Part shown: piece by piece, positions 29,059 through 38,361 of the stretch
Numbering within the stretch: position 1 is the stretch's first letter
How the letters are laid out: the number at the start of each line of letters is the position of its first letter
From: Vampirovibrionaceae bacterium NZW_1234
GTDB lineage: Bacteria; Cyanobacteriota; Vampirovibrionia; Vampirovibrionales; JAGQHJ01
NCBI GenBank assembly: GCA_041697335.1
Contig: JBGUGD010000016.1
Span: 96,001 to 160,000, forward strand
Reading direction: 5' to 3'
Length of the DNA: 64,000 bases
Notes under the pieces: generated by a model
The model's database searches: none
Seen by the model: only the letters and a program-made list of their open reading frames with translations
Told to the model about the DNA's origin: nothing
Made by a program: the position numbers and the translations under genes

Positions 29059-29282
29059 TTGTTCCTACTATCATAATCACGGTTGATATCGATCACATCC
29101 CTGTGTCAGATGAGTTTGAGCGCCATGGCCTCCCTCAAACACAGGACTCCGGTATTCATGCCAATTATTGAGCATTATCTCGATCCCATCCGTCTCGAGT
29201 TCTCTAGGACAACTCTTTGCGGAGTGCGTCCCAACTGATACAATGCCATAGGCATTGCATCGTCGTACCTAATGAGGCTTCT

Positions 29283-30407
29283 GTGCTGTATCGTTCGTTC
29301 ATCAGACCACTTTTATTCCAAGGCAACCCGGAAAGTATCCATGATGCGATGCAACGCATCGGCCAAGGCCTACAGAAATGGCCTGCGTCCATGGCATTGC
29401 TCAATCAATGCTATGCGCCCCAGCTTACGTCGCGTTTAGCACAATCGTTTTTTGGGGCCGCTTTTCACCACCCTTTGGGTCTGGCAGCAGGTTTTGACAA
29501 GCATATTACCTTACTCCCCACGATTCGAGCTTTAGGGATGGCTTATGCCGAAGTCGGATCTATTTCCGCTCGCTCTTGGCAAGGGAACCCAAAACCACGA
29601 GTCTTTCGCTTGCCACAGGATAAGGCGATTATCAACAGAATGGGCCTTAACAACCCTGGGGTACTTGCCCTTTTACCCCGCATTAAATCGTTCCCCTCGG
29701 ACTGGCCTGTCGGAATCAGCCTGGTTAAAACCCCAGACCCCTCCATTTTAGAGCAGGACGCTATTGAAGATTATGCAGATGTGCTTCGTGGCGTCTATGG
29801 CTATGGAACGTACATTAGCCTCAACATAAGTTGCCCCAATACTGAAGAAGGAAAAACCTTTGAGGACCCTGAGGCATTAGATGCACTTTTAACTCAACTT
29901 CGAATCGTTGAAGCCCATTGTGAAGCCGAATTACAAATTCCTCCACGACCATGGTTACTAAAAGTGTCACCTGACCTGGATCCCAACCTGGTTGATACAC
30001 TTTTTGATATTGGTATCAAGCACCAGGTCGCCGGCTGGATCGCCACCAACACCACCAGTCAACGCCCCAGCACCCTAAAAACTTCCCCCAGCTATATACA
30101 GGCGATTGGTCGGGGCGGCTTAAGCGGCTTACCTCTCCAAGAGGCTTCCACACGGCTTCTCGGCCAACTCTATCAGAGAAGCCAACACGTCCAACACCCT
30201 CAAGTTTTAATCGGTGTCGGTGGCATTCATGACACGGAGAGCGCCTGGGACAAAATCATTCATGGCGCAAACCTGCTACAACTTTATACTGGCTTAATCT
30301 ATGAAGGCCCCGGCGTCATCCGACGCATCGTCCAGGGCTTGGAAAAAAAGCTGGATGAAAACCAATTGCCCCATATTCATGCCGCGGTTGGTCTGGCTTA
30401 CCGATAA
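29283..30407 (+). CDS. pyrD: Quinone-dependent dihydroorotate dehydrogenase (class 2)
   Basis: GLAAGFDK, GNPKPRVFRL, INRMGLNN, NISCPNT, LKVSPD, ATNTT, GGLSG, IGVGGI, QLYTG. Start GTG 29283 after GAGG. Confidence 0.95.
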   Translation: MLYRSFIRPLLFQGNPESIHDAMQRIGQGLQKWPASMALLNQCYAPQLTSRLAQSFFGAAFHHPLGLAAGFDKHITLLPTIRALGMAYAEVGSISARSWQGNPKPRVFRLPQDKAIINRMGLNNPGVLALLPRIKSFPSDWPVGISLVKTPDPSILEQDAIEDYADVLRGVYGYGTYISLNISCPNTEEGKTFEDPEALDALLTQLRIVEAHCEAELQIPPRPWLLKVSPDLDPNLVDTLFDIGIKHQVAGWIATNTTSQRPSTLKTSPSYIQAIGRGGLSGLPLQEASTRLLGQLYQRSQHVQHPQVLIGVGGIHDTESAWDKIIHGANLLQLYTGLIYEGPGVIRRIVQGLEKKLDENQLPHIHAAVGLAYR

Positions 30408-30437
30408 ACAACATCCTATATCATTCACAAGGCAAGT

Positions 30438-31478
30438 CTAGATTAGCGACATCAAGAGCATCAGGAGCATCGAGCCAACGCTACCCGTCATCGCCCCTCG
30501 GGGCGACATGTAGCCACCACCATAATACCGCTGAGTGCCTAATCCAAAACTCCCTCCCATTGGACCACTACCATAATAGCCACCGCCTGGGCCGATATTG
30601 GAATAGGCCGATTGATCCCGGCGCGAGGTCTGAGTGCTCGCCACGCTGACGATGCGATAAAACCGATCATCAGGCGACATTTCTGGGGCCGTGGCTTTAA
30701 ACACTTTTTGCTCAAGCCGCCCTAATCTTGCGTCCACAGAGTCATTTGGGAATGTTTGACGAAGCAATCGTTGTTCCACCTGCGGTAATGCCTGTAATAC
30801 GTCATTTGATACTGTTTGAGATCCACCAAGACCGGATGGCGTACCACTTTGAGAGGAAGTCCCCTGACTTGGATCTTCATAACCATTACCCACATCGCCC
30901 AGAACCATCATTCGAAGCTGATCGGTTCTTTCCTGCAACGTCCCCCCTTGTGGGCGTCCCATCACACGGGCCTCCAAACGGGCCAAGCGATTCTCAACGG
31001 CTTCTTTTTCAAAAGCCTGTTGAAAGACCCGCTGTTCCATGGCTGTCACCGCTGGATACTGACTCTCATTTAGAGCAGGTACACTAGGACCAGGAGTCGA
31101 AGTAGACAATGGCGCAGGATTGTTTTGCTGAGCCAACGCCCCATTACTTAGCACCCCTGCCGGTGGTGCCCCTGAGATTGGTGCCACCGAAGCCTTAAAA
31201 AAGCTTTGTAACGACTTCAAGCGATTTTCTTGGACCTGAGCACTCTGCTTAGCCCCAAACACGGTGGACTCTATACGATTCAAACGCTCTTCCGAGGTTT
31301 CCCCCTGATACATATGCCCAAACAACTGCTGTTCCATCTTGTCCAACTGTTGCTCAACAGATAATTGGCTCAGAGTAGGGCTATTGGCCTTTGCTACGTC
31401 ACAAATCAGCCATACACCCACACACAAAAAAACGCTAAGAACCACACGGAGAATTCGGTGAAACACATATTGGTTCAT
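30438..31478 (-). CDS. Hypothetical secreted protein with three tandem helical repeats and a Gly-rich tail
   Basis: Signal peptide-like N-terminus ending AKA; repeated E..lF...y..e....RL.RlE..vf motif. Confidence 0.8.
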   Translation of the reverse strand: MNQYVFHRILRVVLSVFLCVGVWLICDVAKANSPTLSQLSVEQQLDKMEQQLFGHMYQGETSEERLNRIESTVFGAKQSAQVQENRLKSLQSFFKASVAPISGAPPAGVLSNGALAQQNNPAPLSTSTPGPSVPALNESQYPAVTAMEQRVFQQAFEKEAVENRLARLEARVMGRPQGGTLQERTDQLRMMVLGDVGNGYEDPSQGTSSQSGTPSGLGGSQTVSNDVLQALPQVEQRLLRQTFPNDSVDARLGRLEQKVFKATAPEMSPDDRFYRIVSVASTQTSRRDQSAYSNIGPGGGYYGSGPMGGSFGLGTQRYYGGGYMSPRGAMTGSVGSMLLMLLMSLI

Positions 31479-31735
31479 CGTCACGATAGGCACCCCTGCA
31501 ATTGGTTGGCTATTGTCATTTTAGCTCGTCTTGAATGGCTTTCCTAGCCTTCTGGTTCAAACAAAGCAATAATCTTAATGACGAGATGGGTTTCTAAAAG
31601 TTCAAAACCTGCTTAGAATAGTAGAGTGTATCGTTTTATCTGCACAGACTACAGCCGTTTAGTTTAACAAGGATTAAATTTTATTGCAGATCGGAACCAT
31701 GATCCTGTGTTGTTTATCGGAGTTGTGAATACCCT

Positions 31736-32410
31736 GTGATGGCCCCAAAACCTCAATCCCTCACTGGAAAATACCAAATCAACCGTAACACGTTCATTAC
31801 GTGTATGCTGGATATTGTTTCGGCTACAGCTGAACAGGTTCAATTACGTGTGGGTATCCATAAATCTGGAGATACAAACGTCCCCAAAGGGACGCCAGTG
31901 TATCTGCCCACTCAAGTCCATACAGCCACTTCTGAGACAGAGTTTGAAACCTTAAGTGTCATTGTGACCCATATCGATGACGATGGGCTTCATACATGCT
32001 CGGCCATCCAACGCCAAAGGCACCCGGATTTGCGTCAGTCAGAACGCAAGACCGCAGAATTCCCGATTACCATTCAAGAATTGCCTGAAATCCGATTTAA
32101 AGTGGTAGGGGGCTCTCCCCAAGGGCTAACCTTGAGCTATCGCGCATCCAAATTGTTTATCGGACTGGTCCTTGGCAACACTTACACTCTAAAGACAGAA
32201 TACAAAACCGACGTGTTGGAATTACCCGGCAAGGTCACCCACATTCATTATGATTGGCGTACATTGGAACACCAGGTCGGCCTGCAGATTACCAATATTA
32301 GTGCCATTCAAGAGCTTATGTTAAATCGTCTGATTGATCCCAACTATGAAATTACCATTAAAGCCGCCTCCACCATTGATACAGAAGAAGCTCGTATTCG
32401 GGGAGATTAA
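31736..32410 (+). CDS. PilZ-like domain protein
   Basis: RQSER (RxxxR), GGSPQG in place of D/NxSxxG, LPGKVTHI...VGLQI beta-barrel pattern. Confidence 0.6.
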   Translation: MMAPKPQSLTGKYQINRNTFITCMLDIVSATAEQVQLRVGIHKSGDTNVPKGTPVYLPTQVHTATSETEFETLSVIVTHIDDDGLHTCSAIQRQRHPDLRQSERKTAEFPITIQELPEIRFKVVGGSPQGLTLSYRASKLFIGLVLGNTYTLKTEYKTDVLELPGKVTHIHYDWRTLEHQVGLQITNISAIQELMLNRLIDPNYEITIKAASTIDTEEARIRGD

Positions 32411-32482
32411 GCCAAAAGGGCCGTTCGCTTTATCCTATCAGGGCCTATCGCTCTCATCCATAAACAATGTTAGGATAGTCTT

Positions 32483-32818
32483 ATGATGAAACTCATTGAA
32501 GATATTACCGTTATTGCGGCTGATGAATTTCTTTCCTTTGAAGGGGAAATGATCTTCGTCGATACAGAATGCCCCTTTAAGTCTCAACCACTGTCTCAGG
32601 TCTTTATTGCCATTGGAGACTCAGAAACGGAATTACCCTCCATGTGGCAGGAATCTACCTTGTTTCAGGGAGATATTTTCAGCACCTTTGAAAATAATGT
32701 CCTTCATACGTTTATCTCCCTCGAGTTTCAACAATATCTAGAGCCTGGGCAATATTTATTTATCAAGGTCATTACCATGGGTGAGCCAAACGATCGAAAA
32801 GCTATCCGATTGACCTAA
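32483..32818 (+). CDS. Hypothetical acidic protein (111 aa)
   Basis: ORF with AGGA SD; no recognisable domain. Confidence 0.5.
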   Translation: MMKLIEDITVIAADEFLSFEGEMIFVDTECPFKSQPLSQVFIAIGDSETELPSMWQESTLFQGDIFSTFENNVLHTFISLEFQQYLEPGQYLFIKVITMGEPNDRKAIRLT

Positions 32819-33141
32819 GAAATTTGTTGAGCCTTCATGTTTTGAAACAAATCGAGGGAAAACCAAGCCGTCTCTACTAGAAACGAGTATGGGTTTTACT
32901 TCGATCAATAGAATGTGGCTAATGATTTTACCCGCCTGGCCAATTCCTTATCGATGACACAGATTGAGACGATACTTACAGCTTAGTTTTTATGTTGCTT
33001 CGTCATGGACACAGGTTCAACTGATAGAAAAAATAGAAAATATGCTCTTTTATGCGTTTTTCTGATAGAATAGGTCAGCTCAATTAGCCCCTCTAAAAGT
33101 TAGACGTGCCTTAACAACCAGTGTAGATAGGAGATTCAGGG

Positions 33142-34839
33142 ATGGGATTCGGATCATTTGTCCTTATGTTGCATAGTCACTTGCCGTACTATCGCAAACA
33201 TGGGATGTGGCCCTTTGGTGAAGAGAATTTATACGAATGCATGGCAGAAACCTATCTGCCCTTGCTCAATGCCTTGACCGAGCTCAAAAATGAAGGCATC
33301 AAAGCGGGTATTACCGTGGGCATCACCCCGATTTTGGCTGAACAACTGGCCGACCCCCATTCCAAGGCCGGGTTTATTGCCTTCCTGGATGCTCGTAAAA
33401 AAGCAGCTCAAGAAGATACCCAGCGCTATCCCAATCCAAACGTAGAGCATTCAGAGCACCTAGCTTACCTGGCCAATTGGTACGTCAATTACTACCAGCA
33501 ATTAAAAGACGATTTTATCCAAAAATACAATCAGGACCTCTTGGCAGGGTTCAAAGCATTACAAGATGAAGGGTGTATTGAAGTCACCACTTCGGGTGCC
33601 ACGCACGGGTTTTCACCACTTTTAGGTACCGATGAAGCAGTCAATAATCAGTTTCATGTGGGCGTGGAATCTTACAAACGCCACTTTGGACGTGAACCTA
33701 AAGGGGTTTGGTTGCCGGAATGTGCCTATCGTCCAGAAGAAACTGAGCTATTACCCTCTGGCCAAGCCAAGGTTCGGCCTTCTGTGGATGCTTTCCTGTA
33801 TGAAAACAATTTAAAGTACTTCTTTACGGAATACCACGCCATTGAAGGGGGTGTCTCTTCAGGTGCGCGTCGTGTCATTGGTGTATACGGCAATATCCAG
33901 TACATCCCTTTACCGGCTAGACCAGCCACTGGCCTAACAACCTACGAAGCCTATTGGATGCGTAACTATCCTGTAGCCGTCATGGGGAGAAATGATCGGG
34001 CCAGCTTCCAAGTGTGGTCTGCAGCTGATGGCTATCCTGGCGACGGTTTATACCGGGAGTTCCACCGCAAGGACGACAAATCCGGCCTTCATTATTGGCG
34101 ACTCACTTCTAAAGAGTGTGACTTGGGGCACAAAATGCTGTATGACCCAGTTTTGGCAGAACAGCAAACCCATCTTAACTCCGATCACTTTGCCAATTTG
34201 GTCTACCATCTGCTGAAAGATAACCATGAAGCCACCGGCAAGCATAGTTTAGTTATGGTGTCCTTTGATACCGAACTCTTCGGGCATTGGTGGTTTGAAG
34301 GGGTAACGTGGCTAAAGCGGGTTCTACAAAAATTGCATGCCGCTGAAGGTGTGGACGTTTGCACTTCGTCCGCCTATTTGGAAACACACCCACCCGAAGC
34401 CGCCATTGAACTGCCAGAAAGCACGTGGGGTCAAGGAGGCCATTACTGGGTATGGCAAAACCATCATACCGAATGGATGTGGCCACAAATCCACAGCGCT
34501 GAGTTCAAAATGAAAGAACTGGTTGAAACCTATCGCAACGAAACGAATACCTTAAAAGTTCGCTTGCTGAATCAGACACTGCGCGAGCTGTTGCTACTAG
34601 AAAGCAGTGACTGGCCATTTTTGGTGACCACGTTCCAAGCAAAAGATTATGCCATTGAGCGCTTTAATGAGCACAAAGATCGTTTTTGGGCCTTGGTTTC
34701 GATGCTGGAGACCGGAGCCATTGATGAAGGCCAGCTGGCGCTTTTTGAAGATGAAGACAACCCATTCCCCAATATTGATTTCCGGGGCTATCAGTATCAA
34801 TTCAAGCCGCAATTGCAAGTGGCTGCCAATCCGGCCTAA
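33142..34839 (+). CDS. GH57 1,4-alpha-glucan branching enzyme (DUF1957)
   Basis: LHSHLPY, ETYLPLL, ATHG, WLPECAY (nucleophile), FDTELFGHWWFEG (acid/base), RELLLLESSDWPF. Confidence 0.93.
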   Translation: MGFGSFVLMLHSHLPYYRKHGMWPFGEENLYECMAETYLPLLNALTELKNEGIKAGITVGITPILAEQLADPHSKAGFIAFLDARKKAAQEDTQRYPNPNVEHSEHLAYLANWYVNYYQQLKDDFIQKYNQDLLAGFKALQDEGCIEVTTSGATHGFSPLLGTDEAVNNQFHVGVESYKRHFGREPKGVWLPECAYRPEETELLPSGQAKVRPSVDAFLYENNLKYFFTEYHAIEGGVSSGARRVIGVYGNIQYIPLPARPATGLTTYEAYWMRNYPVAVMGRNDRASFQVWSAADGYPGDGLYREFHRKDDKSGLHYWRLTSKECDLGHKMLYDPVLAEQQTHLNSDHFANLVYHLLKDNHEATGKHSLVMVSFDTELFGHWWFEGVTWLKRVLQKLHAAEGVDVCTSSAYLETHPPEAAIELPESTWGQGGHYWVWQNHHTEWMWPQIHSAEFKMKELVETYRNETNTLKVRLLNQTLRELLLLESSDWPFLVTTFQAKDYAIERFNEHKDRFWALVSMLETGAIDEGQLALFEDEDNPFPNIDFRGYQYQFKPQLQVAANPA

Positions 34840-34852
34840 GGCGGTTTAGGCG

Positions 34853-36955
34853 ATGCCACGGGACTTGGTTGTCGGCAATGGCAATCTGCTGATCTGCCTG
34901 GATAAATACCTGCATCTTCGCGATCTGTACTACCCTCGCGTGGGTGAACTCAACCATATCATTGGTCATTATCATCGCCTCGGATTATGGGTGGATGGTC
35001 AGTTTAGCTGGACCAGTTACGCTGAATGGGAAATTCAGACCGGTTACCTACCAGACTCACTCGTAACAAAGTCCGTTGCCATCAATTCTGCGTTGCAAGT
35101 TCGCTTAACCTTGCATGATACGGTTCTCCCGGATAAAGATATTTATCTCAGACGGATTATCATTGACGATCTTTCTGACAGCGATACACCACGCTCCGTG
35201 CGTCTATTTTTCTGTCAGGACTATTATCTTTATGAGTCGGATATCGGTGATACCGCCTTTTATGATCCACATACCCATAGCGTGATTCATTACAAGCGCG
35301 AAACGTACTTGCTCAGCTCCGGCTTGGTAAATCGTACAGGTGGCTTTAGTGACTATTGCTGTGGTACAAAGAAGTTTCATGGTGCAGAGGGGACTTGGAA
35401 AGACGCTGAAGACGGAGAATTGTCTCAAAACCCGATTACTCAAGGCTCTGTCGATAGCGCTATAGGGTTTCGAGCGTCCTTAGACGCCAGTCATCCTGTA
35501 ACTATTGACTATTGGATTGTGGCAGGCACAAGCCTCAAAGAGGTTCGAAATCTGCACCATTGGCTCAAATCCAAGGGATGTGATGCCCTGCTCCACCAAA
35601 CTGAAAGTTACTGGCGAAACTGGGTCGTAAGCCAAGTCAATCTGAATCTCACGGAGCTACCCCCGATGTTGGGGAGCCTATTCAAACGAAGTCTATTGAC
35701 GATTCGCACTCAAGCTGATAATGGAGGCGCCATTACAGCAGCCAATGATACGGATTATTTCTCCTTCTCTCGAGATACTTACAGTTACATGTGGCCTAGA
35801 GATGGCGCTTTTGTAGCCTACGCCTTAGATCAAACTGGGCATCAAGACCTGACACGGCGCTTTTTCCGATTTTGCCACCACATTTTTCAGGAAGGGTTTG
35901 ACCCAAGTGCCACTGTTGATGGTGAACCACAGGCTTTCTTCTATCATAAATATACCCCAAGCGGCTCTGTTGGAAGCTCTTGGCATTCCTGGATTACCCA
36001 AAAACAAGATTTGGTTTTACCCATTCAAGAGGACGAGACAGCTCTGATCCTTTGGGCGCTGTGGAACCACTACCAACAATACCGGGATATCGCCTTTGTA
36101 CGGAATATGTACGATGATATGATCTGCCCGGCTGCCAATTTTCTGGCGAGTTACCGCGATCCTAAGACCCATTTGCCTTTACCCTGCTATGACCTTTGGG
36201 AAGAGCGCCTGGGCATTCATACATTTACCGTAGCTACGGTCTATGCGGGTCTACAAGCGGCAGCGAATTTTGCCACATTGTTTGGCGACACAACACACTC
36301 GCTTCGGTACAGAGAAGCGGCAAGCCATGTCAAAACAGCTGCCTTAACTTACCTTTGGAGTGATCAACTTGGGTATTTCTATCGTTGTTTATTTCAAGAC
36401 CCCCAAACGGGTGAGCTCCAAGCGGATACCACCTTGGAAAGCAGTACTTATGCCATGTTTTTCTTTGAGCTGTTAACTCCCGATGACCCGCGCATGGTGA
36501 GCACTATGAAGGCCCTGCGCAACGCCTTGTGGGTTAAAACAGAGGTGGGGGGCATGGCCCGCTACATGAACGATTATTACCATCAAGTGTCCAAAGACAC
36601 ACAACAAATTCCTGGGAATCCATGGATCGTTTGCACCATGTGGCTTGCCCAATGGTATATTGCTGCTGCTCAAAGCAAAGAGGACCTGGAATCTGCACTT
36701 GAGCTTCTGGAATGGGCAGGCCGTGTTACCCTGACCAGTGGGCTGATGCCAGAACAGTTAAACCCCTACACAGGCGAACCTATTTCAGTGGCCCCTCTGA
36801 CCTGGAGTCATGCAGCCTTTGTCAGCACCATCAGTATTTATTTGGACAAATACAAAAAAATTGCCAAGCGTGAGCGCCTACGTAATATCACCAGTGCCCG
36901 ACGAGAAGGTATCTTGTCCGTCTCTTCTCTGAGTGAACAAGGCGAACTGTATTAA
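34853..36955 (+). CDS. GH15 glucoamylase-like glycoside hydrolase
   Basis: YSYMWPRDG, QEDET, YDLWEER, GGMARY.ND.Y, GNPW, MPEQLNP, PLTWSHA. Confidence 0.92.
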   Translation: MPRDLVVGNGNLLICLDKYLHLRDLYYPRVGELNHIIGHYHRLGLWVDGQFSWTSYAEWEIQTGYLPDSLVTKSVAINSALQVRLTLHDTVLPDKDIYLRRIIIDDLSDSDTPRSVRLFFCQDYYLYESDIGDTAFYDPHTHSVIHYKRETYLLSSGLVNRTGGFSDYCCGTKKFHGAEGTWKDAEDGELSQNPITQGSVDSAIGFRASLDASHPVTIDYWIVAGTSLKEVRNLHHWLKSKGCDALLHQTESYWRNWVVSQVNLNLTELPPMLGSLFKRSLLTIRTQADNGGAITAANDTDYFSFSRDTYSYMWPRDGAFVAYALDQTGHQDLTRRFFRFCHHIFQEGFDPSATVDGEPQAFFYHKYTPSGSVGSSWHSWITQKQDLVLPIQEDETALILWALWNHYQQYRDIAFVRNMYDDMICPAANFLASYRDPKTHLPLPCYDLWEERLGIHTFTVATVYAGLQAAANFATLFGDTTHSLRYREAASHVKTAALTYLWSDQLGYFYRCLFQDPQTGELQADTTLESSTYAMFFFELLTPDDPRMVSTMKALRNALWVKTEVGGMARYMNDYYHQVSKDTQQIPGNPWIVCTMWLAQWYIAAAQSKEDLESALELLEWAGRVTLTSGLMPEQLNPYTGEPISVAPLTWSHAAFVSTISIYLDKYKKIAKRERLRNITSARREGILSVSSLSEQGELY

Positions 36956-36988
36956 GAGCGCAACAACCCGTAAGTAGTAGAGAGTGCT

Positions 36989-38329
36989 TCAGCCTCTGGA
37001 TCTGGCCATTAGCAGATGTTGCATCGTGTCATAAAAACCAGGATAAGAGATGCCGACCCATGAGGTTCCCTCAATTGGCAAAGCTGTCTTGGAGCGGAGA
37101 TTCAAGATTTCCAATGCCATTACCAGGCGATGGTCATGATGGGTTTCCAAAGGTTTAGAAACAGAAGGGACTTCCCATACCGGGTTTCCGGTAAAAGACA
37201 TGCCATCCGGATAGGCTTCAACAGCAACACCGAACGTTTCTAACAAATGAATTAAGGACCCCAGACGATCGGATTCCTTGAAGCGAAGCTCTTCGGCACC
37301 GCGTAAGGTAAAGCGACCTGCCGTAAACAGACCCAAAATCGTTAAAATAGGAATTTCATCAATTAAAGCGGGCACTAATTCTGGCTCAATGACAATATCG
37401 CCTTTCAAAGGCTGACTTTCAAATACCAAATCGCCATAGGGCTCCCCGCAGCTGATGCCCTGATTTTCAATGTTTATGTGCAGCCCCATCCGCTTTAAGA
37501 CAGACAATAGACCCGTCCTGCCGGGATTGAGGGAAACCTGCTGAATCCGAAGGACTGAGCCAGGTAAAATAGCGGCCCCCACAAGCCAAAATGCGGCGGA
37601 CGAAATATCTCCCGGAACCACAATATCTTGTGCCACCATATCGGACTTACGTCCGTGTAACGTAATCGTATGGCCGACAGTTTCAACTCGGGCGCCAAGT
37701 GCGGTCAACATACGCTCTGTATGATCTCGCGAAGGTAAAGGTTCTTCCACTACCACCTGAGTCTGGGGATCCGCGAATAAGCCTGCCAGTAAAATAGCAC
37801 TTTTCACCTGGGCAGAAGCCATGGGCAGTGTGTAATGAACGCCAGAAATACCATGAGCTGCAGGTTCTAGCTTCAATGGCGCAGTTAGTGCATCACCTGT
37901 CGCGTTAATAGTAACGCCCATTTGGCTTAGGGGGTCTATCACGCGTTTCATGGGCCGCTTACACAAGCTGCTGTCTCCGGTCAGAGTTGCAGCAATCCCA
38001 GCCCCAGCAAGAATACCGCTCATCAATCGGATAGTTGTCCCGGAGTTACCGCAATCCAAAGGTTCAGAAGGAACGATAAATTGTTCCCTACCAGTAACTT
38101 TCCAGCGATTATCCCCTAAAGATTCTATTTGACAGCCTAAAGTACGCATACATGCCAGAGTCGACATCACGTCCTGCCCGGAAGATAAGTTTGAAATAAC
38201 AGCCTGTCCTCGTGACAGACCTAACATCATCAGTGCCCGGTGACTGATTGATTTGTCACCCGGCAGGGAAAGAGTGCCTTGAAGGTGTTTGGACACAAGC
38301 AGATCCTCTAATTTCAAATTGCGAGTCAA
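36989..38329 (-). CDS. aroA: 3-phosphoshikimate 1-carboxyvinyltransferase (EPSP synthase)
   Basis: PGDKSISHR, DCGNSGTT, SAQVKSA, SRDHTERM, PGDISSAAF, ELRFKESDR, DHRLVM. Confidence 0.96.
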   Translation of the reverse strand: MTRNLKLEDLLVSKHLQGTLSLPGDKSISHRALMMLGLSRGQAVISNLSSGQDVMSTLACMRTLGCQIESLGDNRWKVTGREQFIVPSEPLDCGNSGTTIRLMSGILAGAGIAATLTGDSSLCKRPMKRVIDPLSQMGVTINATGDALTAPLKLEPAAHGISGVHYTLPMASAQVKSAILLAGLFADPQTQVVVEEPLPSRDHTERMLTALGARVETVGHTITLHGRKSDMVAQDIVVPGDISSAAFWLVGAAILPGSVLRIQQVSLNPGRTGLLSVLKRMGLHINIENQGISCGEPYGDLVFESQPLKGDIVIEPELVPALIDEIPILTILGLFTAGRFTLRGAEELRFKESDRLGSLIHLLETFGVAVEAYPDGMSFTGNPVWEVPSVSKPLETHHDHRLVMALEILNLRSKTALPIEGTSWVGISYPGFYDTMQHLLMARSRG

Positions 38330-38361
38330 TGGCAGTCGCGTCTTTGTGGTAGGTTGGTGTT

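Noticed and set aside
28838..29080. 80-aa minus-strand ORF between lysC and pyrD
   Set aside because: No SD or domain, and it runs through the hairpins and terminator; more likely non-coding.
29107..29127. Minus-strand minigene MALKLI* with a GGAGG SD inside a hairpin (type I toxin-like layout)
   Set aside because: Only six codons and no hydrophobic toxin peptide; readthrough gives nothing recognisable.
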